A stretch of 64,000 nt of DNA from Basidiobolus meristosporus CBS 931.73. Lineage: Eukaryota; Fungi; Basidiobolomycota. How positions within the stretch are numbered: the stretch's first letter is position 1; each line of letters opens with the position of its first letter. Below the pieces are notes generated by a model. The model was not told the origin of the DNA. It was given only the letters and a program-made list of their open reading frames with translations, and did no database searches. The translations under genes were made by a program, and so were the position numbers. This document shows positions 51,886 through 62,000 of this stretch, piece after piece. The DNA lies in the NCBI GenBank assembly GCA_002104905.1, contig MCFE01000189.1:1-64000 (forward strand). The letters run 5' to 3'.

Positions 51886-54386
51886 ATGCCTACCGAATCT
51901 ACTTCTCCAACCACTGGCCAATCGAACTTACGCTTGCTTGTGGTATCTAATCGCTTACCGGTCACTATATCTAAAAATGAAGATGGATACCAATTCAAAA
52001 TGAGCTCAGGTGGCTTGGTTTCTGCTCTAAGCGGATTGAAAAAGATGATGACGTTCACATGGATCGGTTGGCCAGGTAAGCTATACTGTGCAAGCCCCAC
52101 CTCTCTGCTGATCAAAAGCTAAAAGCCTTTTTTTTTAGGAATCGATATCCCTGAGGATGAACGTGAGGAGGTACGCAAAAAGCTCTTGGAGGAGCACTCG
52201 TGCCTTCCAGTCTTCTTGGACGATGAAACTGCAGACAAGCACTATAACGGGTTTTCTAACAGGTAAGCTGGAGGGAGTTCATGGCACGTGTCTTTATTCG
52301 GTTTTTCTGATGCAGTTGTTACGTAGTATTCTCTGGCCTTTGTTCCATTATCACCCAGGAGAAATCTCTTTCGACGAAGACGACTGGGAAGCCTATCAAA
52401 AGGCGAACGCTTGTTTTGCTGATGCCATCAATGAGATAGTCGATGACAATGACCTCGTGTGGGTTCAAGACTATCATTTGATGCTTTTACCCCAGCTCCT
52501 GAGGGAGAAGATTCAACATAAGAACAATGTCAAGATTGGCTGGTTTTTGCACACTCCGTTCCCAAGTAGTGAGATCTACAGGTAAGCCATTCACATCTCT
52601 TCACATACGGACCAAACCTTTGGCTAACTTTATTCACCTTAGAATCCTTCCGGTTCGCAAGGAAATTCTATTAGGGGTTCTCAGTGCTGACCTTCTCGGG
52701 TTCCATACTTATGACTATGCGCGTCATTTCCTTTCGTCTTGCACACGAATCCTTGGATTATCGACAGTTCCTAATGGTGTGGAATACGAAGGGAAACTAG
52801 TGCATGTCGGTACATTCCCTATTGGCATCGACCCTGAGAAGTTCACTGAAGGACTAAAGACGCAAAAAATCCAAGATCGAATTGCCTTGTTGAAGCATAA
52901 ATTTGAGGGGGTCAAGATTCTGGTGGGAGTTGATAGATTGGACTACATCAAAGGAGTTCCCCAGAAAATGCACGCTTTCGAAGTATTCTTGAACAATCAC
53001 CCGGAATTTATTGGAAAGGTGGTGTTGGTCCAAGTAGCCGTCCCTTCCCGCGGTGATGTGGAGGAATACCAGATGCTACAAAGCACGGTCAACGAGCTTG
53101 TCGGACGTATCAACGGGAGATTCGGCACCGTGGAATACACACCCATTCATTTCCTCCATAAGTCGGTTACCTTCGATGAGCTAGTCTCGTTGTATTCCAT
53201 TGCGGATGCGTGCCTCGTCTCCTCTACTCGTGATGGTATGAACTTAGTCTCTTACGAGTACATCTCGTGCCAGCAGGAGAAAAATGGGGTTCTCGTTCTC
53301 AGTGAGTTTGCCGGTGCCGCACAATCATTAAATGGTTCCATCATCGTCAACCCATGGAACACTGAAGAGTTGGCACAGTCCATGTATGACGCAGTTACCA
53401 TGCCAGATGACTTACGGAAGTCGAACCATCAGAAACTTTATAGATATGTAACCAAATATACTGCAGCCTACTGGGGACTCAGCTATGTCAATGAATTGAG
53501 AAGAATCAGCGAAGAATTTGACCACCACATGTCGCTTCCTAAGCTTGACAGCCAATCCGTGATCGACCGTTATAAGAAGTCCCAGAAGAAGAAGCTGATC
53601 CTTCTGGATTATGATGGCACCTTAACAGCTACCCATAGACTCCCCGAATTTGCCAAGCCCTCACCAGAAGTAATCAAGGGGTTAAAGAACCTTGCTGCCA
53701 AACCGGATACCTATGTTTACATCCTATCAGGTCGGGCAAGGGATCATCTTGATTCGTGGTTCCAAGACACTGGGGTTGGTCTTTCCGCAGAGCATGGGTG
53801 CTTCTACAAACATCCACTTAGTCTGAGAAACTTCGATCCCAACCAGACCAGTGAGGTGGAGAAAGGCAAGTTCGTAAAGCCAGAAACCAATGGCTGGTAC
53901 CGACTGGTGGAGCAAGTGGATCCCACTTGGCGTGACACCATCCGACCTCTCTTCCAGCATTACACGGAAAGAACTCCAGGATCCTTCATCGAGGAGAAGG
54001 AGGTGAATCTTACATGGCACTACAGAAACGCTGACCCTGAGTTTGGCAGCTGGCAGGCCAGTGAGTTACAAATCAACTTGGAGAAGTTGCTCAGTCATAT
54101 GGCGTTGGCCATCGTTCTGGGTAACAAAACCCTAGAGTTGCGTCCTTCCTCTGTGGATAAAGCCACTGCAGTAAAGGCAATCATCCGCGACCTGAACCCG
54201 AGCGAAACGGATTTCATTTTCTGTGTGGGTGATGGAAAGACCGACGAGGTAGTCTTTAACGTGCTGAATGAAATGGCCCAAGACACCATTACCGCCACTG
54301 TTGGGAAGAAGCAAACCGATGCTCAATATTATTTGGATGGTGTTCGAGAGGTCACCACTCTGCTCAAGCAACTGGGTGACCTGTAA
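51886..54386 (+). CDS. TPS1: Trehalose-6-phosphate synthase (TPS1-type GT20) fused to a C-terminal trehalose-6-phosphate phosphatase (HAD) domain
   Basis: VVSNRLP, SSGGLVSAL, WIGWPG, HYNGFSN|SILWPLFHY, LHTPFPSSEIYR, DRLDYIKG, VPSR, RDGMNLVSYE; then LDYDGTL, ILSGR, AEHG, DKA, GDGKTDE. Confidence 0.92.
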
Positions 54387-55216
54387 ATCCTAATCAAGAG
54401 GACCATTTCTCTCGTGGATAGTGTACAACGTATTATGTTCAGCAGGCATGTCAATACCCAATACTTCGTCGTACCCATTAATAATTTCTAGTAACTACTA
54501 AACCTGCTACGCCTTTTCAATAATGTACCCCAACTATTACATGGTACCTGATGTAATAAAGCTTGATAAGGATAGAAACCGTCCATATCATCCCAATCAT
54601 TGTGGTCTTACATCATCCTAGCAATCATTAGTCCGAAATCGTGTCGGAAAATCATGGCGTTTACCTTTTCGGAGAATAGTTTTCGCAAGGCATACATGTG
54701 CGTGGCGTAACTGGTAACAGATAAGCGATCAGTTTTACGAGCGAGGCGGTTGACCAGTCACAAGCCTACCCTCAGATTGGTGAGGGATGGTCGGGCTGCT
54801 TATACCTTGGTAGCTGCAGGGAAACCAAGTAGCCCAAAGTTATGCGTGCTACTCTACTGACATCACCCCGCCTCAGGTAAAGCTACCCTTACACATCCTG
54901 GCTGGCCTGTTTCCTCGCTCTGAGAGGAATATTTGTTTACCCTGCATATCTTTCATGTGGCCCTGGCCAATTTTCAAGGCCTCTTGTTGCAAACCTTTGT
55001 CCAGTGCATAAAAGGTTTGCAGTTGGGAATACCTCGCCAATATATTGATGAAAATAGCCTCTGAAGGCAATTTGTGTGATTAAACTTGACCAATTCTGTC
55101 AAATGTCATACAAGCCAATGAGGATTGTCAAGTTCTATGCTATCCGTTATAATTCCCATATTGACAGCCATATATTTAGATTAACATGGATACTTAGACT
55201 ATAACTTTACGCTTTC

Positions 55217-55549
55217 TGTTGCAGATTTTGTGATTACACCCAAATATTTGTTGTGAAAATTTGTAATCCCACCTAAACACTCACCTAACTTTGTCACATA
55301 GATCATTACCTACAAATCTTAGAGAATTCTGAGCAAATTCCATGTTGGGATTTACTTGGAACATTTTCACCAAAACATCAGGTACCTTGACCATGAGAAT
55401 TCTCTAAGCTGTCTAAGTAGCCTCAAACTTTGCACACATGTTTTTGGGACCTTCCTAAGCATAGAATATATGCTTGTTTTCCCAAGATCATATAAAAATA
55501 TAAATAGCACTTTTGCAATCAATAAATCATTCAGTGAAAACCACATACC
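55217..55549 (+). repeat. Nested LTR remnants: a 32-bp LTR start (55217-55248) followed by a 3'-truncated LTR (55249 to about 55549)
   Basis: Two consecutive TGTTG...TTTGT..T.CACC.AAA starts; body aligns with 57004-57352. Confidence 0.75.
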
Positions 55550-55559
55550 CTATGAAAAA

Positions 55560-57003
55560 TTATTGTGATGTTCCCATCAAAAGGCCATCACAGATTCTAA
55601 GTCCTGTGACTAAGAGGTATTGATTCCATCAGAACACTGTGCAAAGACCATCAAAAAATAACTGCACCCCAGATATCATAAAAAACTTAAAATTTTTCAT
55701 CACAACAATACAAAAGTAGCTTTTGAAGGGTTCTCTGCCAATTCTCTCACTTTCTGATCCCAGACACTCTATCACCTCCTACGTTTGTGTGCATTGATTG
55801 GCTATTGCCTCTTTTTTGCACTCCTTACTACCTGACTCAACCATTTCTCTTATTTTTCATGCAAACAAATTGATTTATTTCCAGTGAAACTTCAGTTGTA
55901 TCTCAATTGCCAATTGTGTTGACCTATACAAGTCCCTATACCCTACACTAACATTAAGCCCAACCCCACACTCAACAAGTAACTCCATTAAAATCCACCA
56001 CTCAATAAGTATTTCTACTGTAACACTTTGTTTCAACAACTTTGGCAGGAACCCTACAGCTTTATGCCATTGTTCATTCACTGGTTCCCATACATCCTGG
56101 TCTTCAGCCAGCACTGCAAGGTCTAGCTCTCCATCTGCCAGTCTTTGCAATAAGTCCTTACAATATTCAAGTGCATTTTCTTAAGCACTGCTCTTGAAGA
56201 AGTGCTGCAACCTCTTGGTGTGCCTATTAATGTTCCAAGATTCCACCAAAGGCATTGTGTTAACCTTTTGAGCTCTTGACATTGCTACTTTGTCTGTCAG
56301 TGGGATCTTCACTCTGACAGCAATGGAAGATGTGGAGGCTGTGGTAGACAAGTTGCCTTTCTCTGCAAACTCATCTACCTCACTGGTGTGTAGTTCAACT
56401 GGCTGCACTTCCAACTCTTGTGAAAACAGCTGTTTTCTTGTTGGTAATTCTTCTTGGCTATGATGGGATTCAGTCTGTTCTCAGCTTACAGCATTAATTG
56501 GCAAGAACTGCAGCTTTTTCCTTATGCTTCCCTGTCTCTGGCTTGGGTAGACTTTTTCCCTTTACCTTTTCCTTTATCACTGCCAGGTCTTCCACTGCTA
56601 CTTTGTCTGAGTGCTTCTTGTATCAAACTACATTTTCTCCTTGATAAATGCTGCTCTGATGCATCTGTTTTGGCCTGCTTGTCCCTTGCTGGCACTCTGA
56701 AGGCAGCCTGACACTTCTTTCCTGCTTGTTTCAAGGTCTCAGCCCATGCTGGCTCCTGATGTAGCCACTTTTTTTTATCACCGCCAGTTCCTTCACTGTT
56801 ACTTTGACTGAGTGCTTTTTGGGTAGAAGTTCACTCTTTCCTTGGTGAATGTTGTGATGGTGCATCTGTGTCTGTCTGCTTTTCCCTTATTGGTACTCTT
56901 CCAGCTACCTGATGCCTCATTGACACTTGTTTGCAGCTTTTGGCCCTGCTTGTAACAGGCTCTTGAGGAAGCTGCTGGTTTTTAGCCATTGCTCCCTTGT
57001 TCT
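55560..57003 (-). mobile_element. Degenerate CpG-free element, probably the 5' part of a non-LTR (LINE/RTE-like) retrotransposon
   Basis: One frame with scattered stops reads SWNIN...LLQRLADGELDLAVLAED...CGVG...INLFA, resembling an APE endonuclease N-terminus (WN..., DIAALSET, GVG, INVYA). It is preceded by a basic low-complexity region with a diverged duplication of about 200 bp period. Confidence 0.4.
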
Positions 57004-59022
57004 TGTTGTAAAAATTTGTAGTTCCACCTAAATATTCACCTAACTTAGTCACTTAGATCATTACCTCCAAATCATAGGAAATACTGACCAAAATCCTTGT
57101 TGGGATTTACTTAGAATATTCTCACCAAAATAAGAGGTACCCAGAACATGAAAATTCTCAAGGTTCTCCAAGCAGCCCCAAACTTTGCACTCATGTTCTT
57201 TGGAGCTTCCTGGATCTATTGTACATCTTCATTATGTTAAAACTAAGTGAACGTATAAATACCACCTTAACATTCAATAAATCATTAAGTGAAAACCACA
57301 TAATCTACTTGCTCTACCAATCACTTCCAATATCTCCAAGACTCTTACAACAGGTTATGAGCCCAAGCAGTCGCTCTCTGCAATGTCTACTACTGCTATT
57401 ACTGGAATTTTACCCTCTGCTGAAAAGTTGGATGGATATAATTACCAAGTGTGGAAGGTGAAGATGAAGATGCCGCTACAAGTGAGAGGTCTTTGGGATA
57501 TTGTCATGAGAAAAGAATGCCCTCCTAAAAATGTGGGAGAGGAAGCGTTAAAGTACCAGAAGAAAGAACAAAGTGCCTTTAACTGCATTTGCCTTAATGT
57601 TAAAGATAAAATGGCTAATTCTATGCTTAAGAGTAAAAACAGCAAAAAATGCCTGAAAGACATTAGAAGACACCTACCAGGCATGTTCAGCTGCTAAGAA
57701 AATGTACCTGAGACAAAAATATTTTACTGCAGAGATGCAGCCAGAAGAAGAAATGAAAAATCTAATTAACAGAATTACCCTGCTGGTAGATGAGCTGGAA
57801 TCTGTGGGTGTACCAACTACTGATGAGGATGTGATAGTAAGCTTCCTGAATAGCCTGACAGACAGGTTTCAGGGCCTTGTATCAGCCATAGAGCCCAGAA
57901 CTGAAGATATGACCTTAAATAATATATACGGAACACTCCCAGATGAAGAATTAAGAAAATCAAGTGCAAAAAGAAGTAAGATGAAAATGCTTTAATAAGC
58001 AATGATAACCCACAAAAGACATACTCAAGACCCTACAAAGGCACCAGCAACCTGTTTTGCAACTACTGCAAAAGGAAAGGACACACATCAGACTGGTGTC
58101 TCAAAAAGAGACAAAATCAGCAAAAGGAGCCTGAATATGTAAATGCTGCAACAACTGAAGATAGACTAATCATATCTGCACTAAATATGACCACAAACAA
58201 GGATTCTCAGACATGGTACATTGAATCTGGAGCATCTCAACACTTTGCACACCAAAAAGTGCTTTTTACTCTATATCAAGATATTGCAATTAACAAGGTT
58301 TTCATGGATGACAATAGAACACTTGATACAGTGGGAGAAGGAACTACCCAAGTCAACCCAAGAAGCAGCAAAGGAAGCCATACACTGACCTTGAGAGTAG
58401 TACTCTATGTACCAGAAATAGCCAAGAACCTACTATCTGTAGGCAAGACCACTGCAGAAGGACTCAGTTTCAGCTTTGGCAATTCTGGATGCACAATCAC
58501 TGATAAAAATGGTGCTCATATTGCTTTGGGTACCAGTGATTAGAATCTTATACGTTAACTCATATTCCATCATATCTGGAAGCCAATATAAGTAACTTAT
58601 ATGAAGAAATACCAATGCTTTGGCACAGGAGATTTGGGCACATCAATTTTGATTATGTGTGCAAAATGGCCAAAGATCCGCTAATTTTGAGCACTGTGAA
58701 GCCTGCATATATGGGAAACAAGCCAGACAACTGTTGAAGAGCTCTGGGTTGATCAAAACTAAGAAAAAATTAGCTCTAATCCACTCAGATCAAGATACAA
58801 AGGAAGACTTGTGGCCAAAGGATACTCCCAAACAAAAGGACTTGACTATACTGAGACCTTTGCACCAGTATCCAAGTTTAATTTCATCAGATGAACATTG
58901 GCTATTGCAGCAAAATATAAGCTTCTTATTCATCAAATTGATGTAATAACTACATTTTCTAATGGAGAACATGATGAGGATGTGTATATAGACCAGCCTG
59001 ATGGGTTTGTTGACCAAGATAA
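57004..59022 (+). mobile_element. Defective Copia element A: 5' LTR 57004-57352, PBS 57353-57364, gag, protease, GAG-pre-integrase, internal deletion, RT start; interrupted by element B
   Basis: CCHC knuckle, WYIESGASQH, LWHRRFGH, CEACIYGKQ. At about 58790 it jumps directly to [13 protein letters not shown] (integrase core missing). Many stops and frameshifts. Confidence 0.9.
57353..57364 (+). promoter_or_regulatory. Primer-binding site complementary to the anticodon stem-loop of initiator tRNA-Met
   Basis: GGTTATGAGCCC immediately after the LTR ...ACAACA; identical at 721-710 (minus); degenerate GGTTCTGAGCAC at 59372. Confidence 0.85.
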
Positions 59023-62000
59023 TGTTGTAGAAATTTGTAATTTCACCTAAATAGTCACCTAACTTAGTCATTTAGATCATTACCTTCAAATCCTAGAGAA
59101 TATTGACCAAGTTCCTTGTTGGGATTTACTCAGATTATTTTAATTAAAATACCAGGTACCCAGAACATGAAAATTCTCAAAGTTGTCCAAACAGCCCCAA
59201 ACTTTGCATACATGCTCTTGAGACCTTCCTTAACCTACTCTATGTGTTTGTTTTGCCAAGACCATGTAAAAGTACAAATACTACTTTTACATTCAATAAA
59301 TCATTAAGTGAAAACCACGTAATCTACTTGTCCTCCCAATCACTTACAGCCCCACCAAGACTCTCACATCAGGTTCTGAGCACCAAGCTGTCACTCTCTG
59401 CAATGTCTACTACTGCTATTACTGGAACTTTTCCCTCTGCTGAAAAGTTGGATGGATCTTACTACCAAGTGTGGAAGGTCAAGATGAAGATGCTGCAAAA
59501 AGAAAGAGGCCTTTGGGATATTGTCAAGGGAGAAGAATGCCCTCCTATAAATGTGGGAGAGGAAGCCTTAAAGTACCAGAAGAAAGAATGAAGTGCCTGT
59601 AACTGCATTTGCCTTAATGTGAAAGCCAAATTTCTAATTCAATGCTCAAGAGCAAAAACAGCAAAGTATGCCTGGAAGGCATTAGAAGACACCTACCAGT
59701 CATGTTCAGCTGCTAAGAAAATGTATCTGAGACAAAAATATTTTACTACAAAGATGCAGCTGGGAAAGGAAATGAAATATCTAATTAACAGAATTACCCC
59801 ACTGGTAGATGAAATGGAATCTGTAGGTGTACCAACTACTGATGAGGATGTGATAGTAACCACCCTGAAGAGCCTGACAGACAAGTTTCAGGGCCTTGTA
59901 TCAGCCCTAGAGTCCAGAACTGAAGATTTGGCCTCAAATTAGGTATATGGATGGCTCCTGATCAAGAATTAAGAAAACCAAGTGCCAATAAGAAGGAAGA
60001 TGAGAATGCTTCAATAAGCAATGATAACCTACAAAGGAGGCACCCAAGACCCTACAAAGGCAACAGCAACCTGTTTTGCAACTACTGCAAAAGGAAGGGA
60101 CACACATCAGACCAGTGCCTCAAAAAGAAAGATAATCAGCAAAAGAAGCCTGAATATGGAAATGTTGCAGCAACTGAAGATATACTATTCATATCTGCAT
60201 TAAATATGACCACTAACAAGGATTCTCAGACATGGTACATTGACTCTGGAGCATCTCAACACTTTACACACCAAAGAGAACTTTGCACCCAATATTAAGA
60301 AATTCCAGTTGAGAAAGTTTTCATGGGTGACAATAGAACACTTGATGTAGTGGGAGTAGGAACTATCCAAGTCAACCCAAGAAGCAGCAAAGGAAGCCAT
60401 ACACTGATCTTTAAAGAGGTACTCTATGTACCAGAAATAGCCAAGAACCTCCTATCTGTAAGCAAGGCCAAAGCAGAAGGACTCAGCTTCAGCTTTAGCA
60501 ATTCTGGATGCAAGGTCACTGATCAAAATGGTGCCCATATTGCTTTGGGTATCAGAGATCAGAATCTATTCAAGTTGACTTATATTCAATCATATTTGGA
60601 AGCCAATATAAGTAACTAAAATAGAGAAACACAAATGCTTTGGTACAGGAGATTTGGGCACATCAATTTTGATTATCTGCGCAAAATGATCAAAGCATAG
60701 CTAATTTCTAGAGTAAGATTTGCCCCCAGCTAATTTGGAGCACTGTGAAGCCTGCATATATGGGAAACAAGCCAGACAACCATTCAAGGGCTCTGGGCTG
60801 ATCAAAAGTCAGAAAAAATCAGATCTAATTCACTCAGATCTGTGTGGACCTATGCAAATTTATCCTTAGGTGGGATGAGATATTTAATCACTATTATTGA
60901 TGATTATACAAGATACATGTGGGTTTACTTCATGGAGAGTAAGAAAGAAGCTCTATCTAAGTTCAGGGAGTTTAAAGCCATGGTGGAGAGAGAAACTGGT
61001 AAAAAAATCCAGAAAATACACCCTGACAATGGTGGAGAATATACCTCATAACTCTTCATCCACTTCTGCAAAACTCATGGCATAAAGCAAGAGACTACGG
61101 TACCATACTCCCTACAGCAAAATGGAGTGGCAGAATGTGCTAACAGATCAATATTTGATATGGCAAGATCTATTATCCATGATCAAAAATTATCCTCTGA
61201 TTTTTGGGCAGAATCAGTGCCACTGCTGTATACCTTAAAAATAGGAGTTATAGCAGAATACTTTGTCATTCTACTCCATTTGAAGCATGGTATGGATACA
61301 AACCAAGTGCAGAACATCTAAGAATATTTGGCTATACAGCATATGCCAAGAAACTGCCCGGAAATCAGTCAAAAGTTGAGCCAAAAAGTATAAAATACAT
61401 ATTTTGGGCTACTGCAATTAGAGTAAAGCGTATTTACTCTTCAATACCAAAGCAAAGAAGCTTATTAGGTCCAGGGATGTGTTGTTTGATGAAAATTCAA
61501 AATTTTCACAAAAAACAACATCAGATGGTGACAAAAATTCAATCTCCAGTCCACCATTTGTTAGGATTAAATCAGAGCAAAACAATAAAAGTTTTTTCAC
61601 TCCAGAGGACTCTACAATTGTGGTTCAGCCTGAAGCAGTGCCTAGGAATTTCCCAGAAGTGATCATTCCAGTATCAAATGCCTGGAGATCCAATTGGACA
61701 AGAAATAGTCCATGTTACTATATCAATAAAATACAAGGCTGATGGTACAATTGAAAGATACAAAGGAAGACTTGTGGCCAAAGGATACTCTCAAACAAAA
61801 GGACTTGACTATACTGAGACCTTTGCACTGATAGCCAAGTTTAATTCCATCAGATTGATATTGGCTGTTGCAGCCAATTATAAGTTTTTTATTCATCAAG
61901 TGGATGTAAAGACTGCATTTTTGAATGGAGAACTTGACAAGGATGCATATATGTACCAGCCTGATGGGTTTGTTGACCAAGATAACCCCCATTTGGTCTA

